DNA from: Felis catus
Taxonomy: Eukaryota
Assembly (NCBI RefSeq): GCF_018350175.1
Contig: NC_058368.1
Span: 137,456,001-137,520,000 of the forward strand
Direction: 5' to 3'
DNA length: 64,000 nucleotides
Shown: piece by piece, positions 36,705 through 49,076 of the stretch
Numbering within the stretch: the first letter of the stretch is position 1
How the letters are laid out: each line of letters starts with the position of its first letter
Made by a program: the position numbers and the translations under genes
The notes under the pieces: model-generated
Database searches by the model: none
What the model was told of the DNA's origin: nothing
Seen by the model: only the letters and a program-made list of their open reading frames with translations

Positions 36705-37595
36705 AGGTATTTCTTTTTTTCTCACATCTTTGAAGTCAGAATACATCTTCAATTGATGATATCATATAATTGCTGTTGGTGAGGTGGCTTTTGTGTGTAG
36801 TTTTATTGCCTATGTGAACTTGGTTATAGTACCTGGTGGCATGATTGGACAACTGCAATATTTTGATGTACAACTTAAGTACAACTTAAGATGATGAATA
36901 TCTTAAGACCATTTGAGGAAGGAATTGTTCTGGTATTGACTGAAAATCATTTGTTGAGACCTGGTAAGATTAAGAAAATGTTAGCACCAGTGTTTAGAAA
37001 AAACTGAGAGGTAATAATGGAGCATTTTTAAGAAGTGCTATATCAATAATGTTCTTGATGATATTGAGGATAATGTTGTATGGGGAAAAAACAGACCTCA
37101 GCAATCTCCCAAGTGGAAAACAAGTGAGAAGGGTCAAAATCTGAATATGAGGAAGATTTAGGAGTATGTCAAGAGAATTAATTCTTTTTGCCTTCCTTTT
37201 TATTCTGTATCACATAGGAGTGGTAATAGAATAAAAATGTACCCCTAAGTAAGTCTAAAAGAGCTCTTTTAAAAGCATAAAATTAGGGGTGCCTGGTTGG
37301 CTCAGTCAGTTGAGCGTCCAGCTCTTGATTTTGGCTCAGGTCATGATATCACATTTGTGGGAGTGAGCACCCCAATCAGGCTCTGTGCTGCATGTGGAGC
37401 CTGCTTGGGATTCTTTCTCTCTCTCCCTCTGTTTCTCCTCTACTTGCTTGGGTGCACTCTGTCTTGAAACATAAAATTAGAATTTTAAGTGATAAGAAAG
37501 CATTATTTTATGCTTTAGTTGATAGCATTTTTCTATTTTAATGGTACACAAGAGGATGATGTATTTTATAAGTTAATGGTCTGTTAGAGTTAGTA
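36705..37595 (+). mobile_element. Kanga/Tc2 (pogo-like TcMar) transposon fossil with DDE remnant, split by a + Can-SINE (37285-37470)
   Basis: 36829 onward reads VPGGMIGQLQYFDV (pogo-family PGG.T..LQPLDV motif) and 37028 onward FKKCYINNVLDDIEDNVVW; 3' text aagtctaaaagagctctttt...aagtgataagaaagcatt. Confidence 0.8.
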
Positions 37596-38494
37596 GTAAT
37601 TGACTGTGTACATTAAACATAACTTCTAAAAGGACTGAAGTATATTTTAAATATTTTAAAAATGGCAAAAAGAAAAGATATTAAAATTTATTGATAAGGA
37701 AAGGAAGGAGGATATGGGAAAAAAAGAATGGTAGGCAGAAAGATCAACATAAGTTGGAAGAAGGTCAAATATACCTAAACCATAATATGTATAAATGAAT
37801 TAGACTTCTAATAATAGTTTGATTTTCAAATTGAAAAAAATTATTATTTAAAACACTGTTAGTGTTTAGCAGCAGAAGACTTTTTTATATAATGGGACTA
37901 TTCAGTTCAAGTAAATTATATAGGGTAAAATAGTAGATCTGGGTTTTAAAATATTCTAGCAAAAAAAAATGTTGGAGGGGGAAGAATGGATGGAATCTTG
38001 AAGTTATGTGATAGGTTAATGGAGTACATTACACTTCTTTTGTGTGCTTTAAAATGTTTATCATAAAAGCCAAAAAGAAAAAAAAGTGAGCTAGAATGAC
38101 ATGAATTAACATTGACTTGGGTGAATCTAAAAAGTATAATATTGAGCAAGAAAAGCAAAGTTCCAGAAGAATATGTATATTTTGATGCCTTTTACATAGT
38201 CTTTAATTTTCTGCAAAAAAAAAAAGCCCCAAAAACCAAAAAAAAAAAACCAAAAAAACAAAAAACAAAAAAACCCTGAAACAAAAAAGAAACAAACAAG
38301 CCTTGAAGTATAATTAACTATATTAGGGACATACATAGGGACAGTAAACACTGTGCCACATATTGGGAGTTACCTTTGCAGAGCAAGTGGGCAATGGGCT
38401 TGGTAAGGGCAGGGGCCTCCCTTTGTCTATGTAATAATTAATTTTTTTCCAAAAAATGAAAAAGATAGGAACAAAGACAGTATAAAGCCAATTA

Positions 38495-40090
38495 TATTTC
38501 ATTTCATTTTATTTTTTTTAAGTTTGTTTATTTTGAGAGAGTGAGAGTGAGGAGGGGTGGAGCAGAGAGCGAGAGAGGGAGGGAGGGAGGGAGGGAGGGA
38601 GGGAGAATCCTAAGCAGGTTCTGCACTGTTAGCATAGAGCTGGACATGGGGCTTGATCTCAGGACTATAAGATCATGACCTGAGCCGAAATCCAGAGGCA
38701 GATGCTTAACCACTAAGCTACCCAGGTACCCCAAGCCAACTGTAGTTCAAACTAAAAGAGTTATTTTTTATTTATTTTTATTTTTTTTATGTTTATTTAG
38801 ATTTTGAGAGAGACAGAGCATGAGTGGTGGAGGGGTAGAGAGTGGGGAGACAGAATCAGAAGCAGGCTCCAGGCTCTGAGCTGTCAGCACAGAGCCAACG
38901 CAGGGCTCGAACTCACAGCCCATGTGATCATGACCTGAGCCAAAGTTGGATGCTCAACCGAGTCACCCAGGTGCCCCTAAGATAATTATTTTTTAAAATG
39001 TGAGCTATAGGAATAGTTCCTTACAGTACGTACTATAACATACAGGTCAATAAATTGGTATGGATTCCATATAATTAATGCAAAAGTGTACTATCTCAGT
39101 TAGTTGCAATTTTCCAGAGGGTTAAGGTACTCCTAGGCTAAATACTGCTCTTTGCTTTTTTTTTTTTTTTTTTTTTTTATGAAACCCAGTGGGTTTAACA
39201 TAGTACCTAGTGTGTACTGACCACTTGAAAAATGTATGGTAACTAAAGATTATGCTTAAAGAAATGATTGTCTGAATCTTTTGATATAAACCAAAAAAGG
39301 CTTCATATAAGGTAATGATTTAGATTAAATTAAAAGATTTCTTTTTGATTAACATATGGTAGCATACAGTTGTGTCCAAGGGTTGTGAGTTGGTGGTCTG
39401 TGCTTCACTTGTCTTGTGGCATGGACCCACAGAGAAGGGGTGCCTTTTTCTCATTGTTTTGCTCAGAGGTGGTATCTTTGCTTGTGGTACTAAATGTGTT
39501 AGTAGGTGTCTGATTTATATATGTTCAAATCCAAGTTTAAGTAAACCATTAATTTTGACCTGTAATAAGAAGCTTTTTATTAACATAAATATAGATTTTT
39601 AAAAACCTAAATCTTTGAACCATTTTCCTTTAATAAATTTGAAAACAAATACTTATGGCTATTATGACATAGTATGCTTCTGATTTTCACTTAAAAGCTC
39701 TTAATTTTTTATAAAACACTATTTAGAAGGCACTCATTTGTGGACTGTGACTAAATATGACTTAATTCATATGTGTATATTTGCTTCTTAGGATTTTACT
39801 ATAAAAATTATAGGCACTTAAATATTTCTTGTAGTATATCAGTAAATTTATTTATAATGCTAAGGAAATCAATACAATGTAGGATTTGTTTTATTATCAA
39901 TAGGTAATGTGTTAAAGCCAATCTTTTATTTGTGAGAAGAAATGTGGCTGTTTTTTTTAAAGCATAATTTCCTCATTTAAGAATGTTCCAACTTCCCTTT
40001 TTAATAATGACTTTATGAAACTTGTCAAGTTCATTACTACTAGGATACTCAGTTTTTATAATTCTACCCTAGAATTTACAGCATTTCTAA

Positions 40091-40148
<58 letters not shown>

Positions 40149-41652
40149 TATTTAGAAAGTTCTTTTGACTTAACTACATACTGCTATATAGTTGTTTCCT
40201 GTGAGTACTCTTTCTTGCTTTAAAAAAAAAAAAAAAGTAAAGGGGCACCTGGGTGGCTCAGTTGTTAGGTGTTGACTTTGGTTCAGGTCATGATCTCACA
40301 GCTTCTGGGTTCAAGCCCCGCCTCGGGCTCTTTGCTGACAGCTCAGAGCCTGGAGCCTGCTTCAGATTCTGTGTGTGTGTGTCTCTCTCTCTGCCCTTGC
40401 TCCATTCATGCTCTGTCTCTCTGTCTGTCTCTCAAAAATGAATAAACATTAAAAAAAAATTAAAAACAATAAGGTGTTCCTAGTACAATTACATTCTAAA
40501 ATTGCTTCTACATATTTTTATATAATACCCTTATTTTTCTTTAAATTTGTTTTTGTCATTACTTAAAATACTTTATGAGTCAACAGTTTCTTTTTTCATT
40601 TTATTCCTTTATGATTAAGTACTGCTTTTGTTAGTTTTCCGGGATACTTCTTTAAGTTGGTATATAATTTCCTTAAGATTGTGGTATATTATTCTTACCT
40701 TTGAAGAGTGAGGGCTGATGTAAAAAAAAAGTTAGAACTTTAAAGGCTATCTTCTCTCTTCCTTCATGCCTCCAAATAAGAGAAGTGAAATTTTACACAG
40801 CTTCCTGGTATCAGAAAGTAGGCTCCAAAAGACTTATCTGTTTACATCCTGAATTAGATCCTGCTCTGAACTTTTGAGATGAAGATAATAATATTATGGT
40901 TGGAAATAATGGACAAAGAAGTTAGTATGCTGAGTTGAATAGCTAGACCAAGATTTACAGTGAGAATATTCTGGGAGGAAAAAAGAAAGTTAAGTATGAT
41001 GGTTTAAACTTTTAAAATTAATTATTGCTAACTCTGTCGACTCAGTAAAAATTTGAGCACCAAAACTAGTTTGAATTCTAGAGACTGAGTTTAGGAAGAG
41101 GAAATGATGCTCCAGGAACTTCTTTCCATCTCTTAAAGTCCCATAAGTGTAATGAATAATGTAAAATAATTGCATTGTTTACATTGTAGAAATATGATAG
41201 ATCTTCTATAAGCAGGAATTGACCCCCATGCAGTGATCTTTTATTTCTGTTAGATTATAAATTTCTTGTGTGTGAGACACTATCATCGTATTTTTGCAAC
41301 ACAGCATATATGTTTACTTGGAAAAATAATCATTATAGCAAAATATTATTTGAATTTTTCCTGTTCTTAATACAATAAAGTTTATTTTATTTTAAATACA
41401 GGCTAAAGATTAGGTTCTTGGCTTTTTAAGTGGCTTATTCAAATACATGTATATGTTTTTAATGTTCATTTATTTTTGAGAGAGAGACAGCGTGCATGCT
41501 GGGGAGGGGCAGAGAGAGAGGGAGACAGAGGATCCAAAGTGAGCTCTGCACTGGCAGCAGGGAGCCCGATGCTGGCCTTGAACTCAGGAACTTTGAGTTT
41601 ATGACCTGAGCCAAAGTCAGACGCTTAACCCATTGAGCCACACAGGCGCCCC
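38495..41652. mobile_element. Four Can-SINEs (38495-38732 minus, 38762-38977 minus, 40241-40465 plus, 41455-41652 minus)
   Basis: consensus matches; TSD aagccaa around the first. Confidence 0.9.
40091..40147. repeat. Compound (GT)8(AT)~20 microsatellite
   Basis: direct reading. Confidence 0.97.
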
Positions 41653-42396
41653 TCAAATTTTTCTGATTGTTGCATTATAAAGTGATAATATGCGTGCAGT
41701 AGGTAGGTAATGTTTTAGGTAAATGTTTTAGTTCCTACCATGTGCCTGTCATTATGCTAGATGTTATGAAGTTTATTAAAGGCTAAAATACATATTCCCT
41801 CCTTCTGTATTCAAGAAACTTCCTTCTTTTGGGGGAGCCAAAACATATTGAATAGTGCTAGCAAGAGGTTAGAGGTTTTAATGGTAAGTTTAGAAAGGGC
41901 AGAGTGACCTATTTTGTACAGAACCTGTAAAAAAGAAAACAGGAAGATCTCATGAAATAAATTACTTTTTAAAAGTATAGACACAATCATTGTAGTCATA
42001 TTTGGGGAAATTTTCCATTTTTATGATTTGTTTTTTCAAATTGCATATATCTCTAGGAGTGATCACAACTCAGGTCTTTCTGTGTAGCTAGCACATAAAT
42101 TGTTAGGCAGTAACTTAATAGGCAACAGAAAATAGGAATAGGTGTTAGCATAAGGAACAAGCAAAGAAGAAGGGGCTGCCAATGAGACTACATTATTTTG
42201 CTAAACTCTGTCATTGAAAATCACTCCACGGACTGTAAGTTGCTCATTATTCTTGCACAGACTGAAAGTTTAGGTAGCTGGAAGAAGAGACAGAAGTCTG
42301 TTGGTATTAAAAAGATCCAAAGGAAACTCGGATAATCACACCATTGAAATGTTTTCTTAAATCTGGGCTTCCTGTAAACATACTTAGTAAATTTTA

Positions 42397-42624
42397 TTTA
42401 TTTTTTTTAATTTTTTTTTTCAACATTTATTTATTTTTGGGACAGAGAGAGACAGAGCATGAACGGGGGAGGGGCAGAGAGAGAGGGAGACACAGAATCG
42501 GAAACAGGCTCCAGGCTCTGAGCCATCAGCCCAGAGCCCGATGCGGGGCTCGAACTCACGGACCGTGAGATGGTGACCTGGCTGAAGTCGGGACGCTTAA
42601 CCGACTGCACCACCCAGGCGCCCC
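42397..42624 (-). mobile_element. Young felid SINE (SINEC_Fc-like)
   Basis: same diagnostic sequence as 14236-14449; TSD agtaaatttta at 42386-42396 and 42625-42635. Confidence 0.96.
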
Positions 42625-43187
42625 AGTAAATTTTAAATATCTATGTCATTTAATTGTTACGTGTTTGAGCAAGGCCAGGATGTTACAGCAACTATACTGA
42701 CCATAGTATAATTAATGTCAAATGGCCTGAGACAATGGGAAAAGGGCAAAACAAAACAAAACAAAACAAAAAAAAAACACAACAACACTCATAAAGCAAA
42801 CTAGAAAATCATTATAGGCTTTAACTACTTACTCTAGGGGTGGAGAACTAAGTACAACTACTAGATACAATAACCATAAAATTTACAATGATATATCTTC
42901 CTACTGGTATTACTTTTAGAAATCATAATAATAGCAAATACTATTTATTTTGTAGATTTAACTATATGCCAGACCCTGTTCCACTCATTTTACATAAGTT
43001 ACATTTCATCACTGCCAAAGCTTTAAAAACTAGGTGGTATTCTTCCCATTTTAGGAATGAGAGAACTATATAAAGCTCCAAGACAGAGTCTTCTGGCTCC
43101 AAAACCAGTTTTCTGTATGCTACAAGATAAAGTGGCATCCTATATTATTTATTTAAGAATGCAGGAAAGCATGGAGCATCTGTCTTT

Positions 43188-43452
43188 TTTTTTTTTTTTA
43201 ATTTTTTTTTCTTTTTTTTCTTTTTTCTTTTTTTCTTTTTTTTTTTTTCAACGTTTATTTTATTTTTGGGACAGAGAGAGACAGAGCATGAACGGGGGAG
43301 GGGCAGAGAGAGAGGGAGACACAGAATCGGAAGCAGGCTCCAGGCTCTGAGCCATCAGCCCAGAGCCTGACGCGGGGCTCGAACTCACGGACCACGAGAT
43401 CGTGACCTGGCTGAAGTCGGACGCTTAACCGACTGCGCCACCCAGGCGCCCC
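43188..43452 (-). mobile_element. Young felid SINE (SINEC_Fc-like) with ~60-nt tail
   Basis: CpG-intact consensus; TSD catctgtcttt at 43177-43187 and 43455-43465. Confidence 0.96.
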
Positions 43453-43806
43453 AACATCTGTCTTTAATATAATGTATGATGCCATAATTTAAGGAGCATA
43501 CATTGGGCCCTTTTTAGAGAGTAGGACTGTCTGCATCTCTTGGCAGTCCCAAACCTCCAGGTAAACCCAACTTTCTGTTTCTAATCCTTATTCTTGAACA
43601 TAGTAGGAGATAATTTCATGTTGATTCAGATTAGCTTCATACAAATTCCATGTTTTCCAGCTTTGCTTAGCCCTCAGTGGCTCTTAGTAATACTTGTACT
43701 CATCTAGTTATTACCTGTTGTATCTTCCACAACCCTGGTGTGAATTTTTTTGTTTGTTTGTTTTCTTGAAGCTCTCAGCCGTATCCTACTCTACTTTTCC
43801 CCACTC

Positions 43807-44630
43807 TTTTTTTTTTTTTGAAAAAATTTTTAAAAATTTTATTTAGAGAGAGCGTGCCAATGGGGGAGAGGAACAGCGGGAGAGAGAGATTCTTAAGCAG
43901 GCTCCATACTCAGTGCAGAGCCCGATGCAGGGCTTGATCCCATAACCCTGGGATCATGACCTGAGCTGAAATCAAGAGTCAGACGTTCAACAGAATGAGC
44001 CAACCAGGTGCCTCAGTTCCTCCTCTTAACAGACAGTCTCTTAATTCATCAAGAAAATTCATCAAGATATTTGTATCTTGAAATCCTTATCTTCTCCTTT
44101 TTTGATCTTCTCCCAGACTTCCCATGTCCAAATTGATCAGTCCTTTGAGAATGGTTGTTTCTTGATAGCCATATGTCTGCTCCACCCTACAAGTTATACA
44201 TAATCTTTCTTTTTCCTGAATGTCTGTCTTCTATAGCATTTATCTTTACTTCTGTGGCTTTGTTGCTTTCTACTGATTTCTAGGTAAAAATAGGTTCTAC
44301 TACTTTTATGAAGTCCTTGAGGAAAAGATCCCTGTGTAATTTATCTTCATATTCTTCACTACCTAATATTTAATATATCAAGTTTTTATTGAGTAAGTAA
44401 CTTTGATAAAACTAGAGCTATAATAATGTAATAACAACTTTTTAGAAATAGAAATCTTAAGGGGTAGAGTCTGGGTGGCTCAGTCCATTAAGCATCCATC
44501 TGTTGATTTTGGCTCAGGTCATGATCTCACAGTTTGTGAGATTGAGCCTCACGTCAGGCTCCATGCTGGGCCTGGAGCCTGCTTAAGATTCTCTCTTTCC
44601 TTCTGCCCCCCCACCCCCCCTCAAAAAAAT
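43807..44630. mobile_element. Two Can-SINEs (43807-44013 minus, 44461-44630 plus) in L2-like background
   Basis: consensus matches; TSD aaatagaaatctt around the second. Confidence 0.85.
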
Positions 44631-45171
44631 AGAAATCTTGAAAAACTGGGCAATGATTAAAAACAAATTTGTAGATTTGTTAGAGCATAATGGAAACTGA
44701 GAAACAAAGAAAATTGATTTTCTCAACTTTTGAGCTATGTTTTTAGTTATTAATTAGACATTAAATGGGATATGTGTGTATTGTGGGAGGAAGGAAGACT
44801 CACAGGTATGGAAGAGTCAAGCATATTCTGATGGTATTGTCACATTTTGTTCATTGAATTCTTATTAACACATTAGAATGTGGTTATATGATCTTACCCT
44901 AAGTTATGTAATAAGAGTATTTTAACTTTTCAAAGCCCATTCTGTCAGACAGAAAGGAGAATCAGTGTTTAATTTCTGTGTTATTCTGTGAATAAACAAA
45001 AAATATTGCCAATGAGGACTTGAAAAAAGGTATTAAAGTTAGTTTATGTCCTATTGAATTCACCATAGGCCTCACCCCTTAAAATGCATTTAAATAGTTA
45101 TTTCATATGAACTTACATCAGGAAAGAAAACAGGTCATTGTATAGTTAAAAATGTTTTTGTTTTATTACAG

Positions 45172-45276
45172 GCAGCTGTTAAATCTAAGAAAGCTACAGA
45201 TACCTATAAACTTTATGTGGAAAAATATGCATTAGCGAAAGCTGATTTTGAACAGAAAATGACAGAAACAGCTCAG
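45172..45276 (+). CDS. FCHO2: FCHO2 coding exon 6 (105 nt)
   Basis: ttttattacag|GCA...GCTCAG|gttggt; [35 protein letters not shown]. Confidence 0.97.
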
Positions 45277-45884
45277 GTTGGTATTTTTAAGCTTTAAATC
45301 TAAAACAGGATATTTCATTTACTGATACAAATAATGATTTTTGTGCCATATAATTTTCTAGTATTAGAAATGTTAAAATACACAATCTGTATGTTTTTTT
45401 AATGCTGTTTTAAAGATACACATCTTATTTTGGAGATCGAGGACCAATGATTATGGCAATTATGCAATAATTATGACATGATAAGGGGTTATTCAGATAC
45501 AGCAGAAAAGGCTGTATACAGAGAACTGGGGAAAGTGAGGAAATTGGTAGATGATGAAGACAGTGCTGATTGTTAGCCTCATGTATGAATTTTAAAATTG
45601 ACTTCTGCTTAAGAGAACTGGAAATGATTCACTGCTGAGAATATAGCCGTTAACAAAAGAATCAAGAATCCCTGCTCTCATAGAACTTCCATTTTAGTTG
45701 AGGAAAACAGACCATTAAAAAAAAGTCTCCCATAAACTTGGGATAATTTATACCCTATTCGATGTTCTTAGAACCTTAATTAAAAGCCTAGGTTTAAGAT
45801 GGGTGCCTTTTATGAATCATACCTAAAACTTCTATTCCCACTCTCTTGTACTCTTTTCTTGTTTTGTTTTGCTCCTAAGCACTT

Positions 45885-46325
45885 TGTCAGGATAGGCTGG
45901 GTATGCTGAGATGACAAAAACCCACATCTCAGTGCTTACAGTGGCAAGGGTTTATTTGTTATGTTCTTACTCATCATGGGCTGGTGGTAGCTATTCTCTG
46001 TCTTCTTCACTCTGGTATTGAGGCTGGTGAGCTTTTTTTTAAAATGTAGTTTTTATTTTTTATTTTTGTTAATTATTTTGAGAGTGAGCAAACAAGTGGG
46101 GGAGGGGCAGAGAGAGAGGGAGATGGAATCTCAAGCAGACTTCATGCTGTCAGCATAGAGCCAGATGTGGGGCTTGAACTCATGAACCATGAAATCATGA
46201 CCTGAGCCAAAATCCAAAGTCAGATGCTTAATTGACTGAACCCCCCGGGCGCCCCAAGGAACCTCTTCTTAGAACATTATTCTTAGTCATCATATTTGAA
46301 TGTAGTGAAGCACACTAGTTCTTCT
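45885..46325. mobile_element. MaLR (MLT1-like) LTR remnant with a nested antisense Can-SINE (46050-46255)
   Basis: tgtcaggataggctgggtatgctgag..aaacccacatctcagtgctta..aagggtttatttg resembles an MLT1 terminus. Confidence 0.65.
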
Positions 46326-46579
46326 ACCTATATTTTTTTTTATTGTTCATCTTCCTCCACTAAAGGATAAGTTCTATGGTAAAAGGGATTGATTTATTAT
46401 TTCCTTAGCATTTAGAATACTTCCCAGCGCTTGGTAGGCCTTCAGTAAGTGTGAAGAAGGACTTTATATTAATCTGCCTTTTTGGATTCTAGGGAGTCTT
46501 CCTGCTTGGAGAGATGATTGATAGACATCTCAGAAATCAAAAGACTTTCATGCTTGTGTGCAGGCATATGTGCATCTGT

Positions 46580-47060
46580 CTTGCGATATTGTAGGCACTG
46601 TGCTAATTGCTGGTGTATACGGTATATATGTAAACGAAACGAGTAACTCCCTGCTCTAGGTGGAGTGTACAATATAGAGGAGGGAGGCAAACAAATACAT
46701 GGTTAAATATAAAGTTACGAGCTATTATACCTATTACAAGGAAAAGAAGGATTCTATGAGATAGAATAATAGGAGCAACCTAATTTGGATTTGGGAGTTA
46801 GGAAAGGCCTTTTTGGAGAAGTGGGATTTAAAACTGAGACTTGAATGAGTAAAGGGGTGCATTCCAGGGCATGAGTGTTCCAGGCATTGGGGACCCATGG
46901 GTATAAGACCCAGAAGTATGAAAGAGCTGTCACATTGTAGAAAGCAAAGAGTGCTTAATAAAACTAAGTGAAGAGAGATAGTGGTAAGAAGTGAGGTTAA
47001 AGAGATAGGCATTGAGCAGGCTCTAGTAGGGTTTACGTTTCCTTCTAAAAAGGAGTCCCA
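46580..47060 (-). mobile_element. L2 fragment
   Basis: taggcactgtgcta...ctccctgctct...ggagttaggaaaggccttttggagaagtgggatttaaactgagacttgaatgagt. Confidence 0.7.
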
Positions 47061-47816
47061 TTGCTGCATTACTCTGAGTTTAGTAGTCACTAATTCTGAG
47101 CAGTTGCGATATTTAGCACATTCCCCACCCCCTAAAAAAACAAACAAAACAAAACAAAAAACAACCCAGCACAATATCTAAATGTGAATCATACTTTTGA
47201 GTTTTTGTGTGACTTCAAGATATTTTTAAGTCATTAAGGATATGTCTTATTCAGTGTAGCTGTTTTAAAAGAGAATGAGAAGGTGGCATACTTTTCTTGC
47301 AATTAGAGATTATCCATATGAAACTTGTGGATGTTTGACGTAGGTTTTCTGGATTTGGGTCTGTCTTGGGAAAATTTCTGATTAATTGCAGAATATTAAG
47401 CTGAGGGCAAATTCTTAGAATATGAACATAAACAAGAATCATGCTTCTGCTGAATATTCCTTACTTCCTAAGAGAGTAATTCAGAGTTTTGAAGTATTGA
47501 TATTCTCATTGATTTGGTCAGAATTAGTCAAGATAAGACATTTTAACTCTGCCATTTTTATGAATAAACTTGATTTAAGTTTGTGAATTTGGGTTGCCTT
47601 ATTGCCAGAATTATAATTTCACCATTACTGATTCTTTTTAGAGAAGTTCTGACCCTTTATATGTATGATCATTTGGCTTAGTGATTTTCTGGTCTTATGA
47701 CTCACTGCTGAAGAAAATTTTATATTAAATATAGGGTAAGGGAATTTAATTTGCTAAACTAACCAGAGAAAAATGACATGGCATTTAGGCCTATTTCTTA
47801 GAACTGATTTAATTTG

Positions 47817-47820
<4 letters not shown>

Positions 47821-47849
<29 letters not shown>
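47821..47849. repeat. (AC)14 microsatellite
   Basis: direct reading. Confidence 0.97.
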
Positions 47850-47852
<3 letters not shown>

Positions 47853-48913
47853 CCACAAAAAAACAAAAAAATAAGGGTAATCAGGTTTGTGCAGTAGAAA
47901 TGACAAATACATTTTGTTTGAAGAAAGCTAGTTCAGCATTTCCCAAATCCTGTTTTGAGGATTATTATTGTTCTTTGAGATATTAATAGATATTAAGAGA
48001 AGAAGAAAAACAAAAAGGGTTGTGTGGTCAAAGAAATTTAGAAAACACTGGGTTAAGCAAAATGAAAACATGTTTTATTTCAGTATCTCTCGGGGTTTTT
48101 AATCTGTGTGTTGGAAGCCAAGTCTAGCCAAGTTTTCTTCCTGGGGAATAAATACTCAGAATGACCTGGGGAATTTTTCCAAAAAACATTTTCATCTTTT
48201 TCCACTTCCATTCTGTGGGTAGTTGTAGAAAATCTATGTGTTCTGTAGTTTAAAAACATTTTCCAGGTGATTGGATATATCCCCACCTTCAGTTTAGTAC
48301 TGCTAAGATCGAGTATACAGGCTTTTCCACATTTCTTTGACCATAAATTACTTCTTTTGAAGGCTACATGTTAACATTTCAAGGATTAAAAACATACTGT
48401 TAGAGTCTTTGGGTTAGACTGTAAAGTCTTCAGAAGTAAACGGTAGTTTTTGCTCTGTCACCTAATTGCTCTTTGGTTTGAAACACTTCTACCTTGGCTT
48501 GGCTGTTGTGACACTTCTCATTTAGGTCTCCTTCTAATTTTCTGACCATGATTTTAGATTTTAATTTGTGGTATCTTCAAAATCAAGTTCATATGTGCCT
48601 GAGAAATGACATAACAAAAAATTAACATAATAAAAAGTTAAACATTTCATTATGTTTACTAAACCCATTTGTCTAGAAGTATTGTTAAACATTACGTAAT
48701 AATGGTAACTCACTAAATTTGGTTAGCTCTATTAAGATGACTTAAAAGGTGTTTTGATTTCAGGGTCAGTTGGTAGAGCATGTGACTCTTGATCTTGGGG
48801 TTGTGGGGTCATGAGTTCAATCAAGCCCCACATTGGGTATAGAGAGTACTTAAAAAAATAAATTATATAAAAAAAGTTCTTTGATTTCAGAGAGAGAGAG
48901 TGTATATTTCTTT

Positions 48914-48915
<2 letters not shown>

Positions 48916-48950
<35 letters not shown>
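48916..48950 (+). repeat. (TG)17 microsatellite ending 27 nt upstream of exon 7
   Basis: direct reading. Confidence 0.98.
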
Positions 48951-48955
<5 letters not shown>

Positions 48956-48977
48956 ACTTTTCATATTTGTTACCCAG

Positions 48978-49076
48978 AAATTTCAAGATATTGAAGAAGC
49001 TCATGTCATTCACATAAAGGAAATTATAGAATCCTTGTCAAATGCTATAAAGGAAATTCATTTGCAAATAGGCCAG
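48978..49076 (+). CDS. FCHO2: FCHO2 coding exon 7 (99 nt, phase 0-0)
   Basis: tttgttacccag|AAA...GGCCAG|gtaagt; [33 protein letters not shown]. Confidence 0.96.

Noticed and set aside
46734..47174. 146-aa minus ORF
   Set aside because: Lies in decayed L2 and low-complexity sequence.
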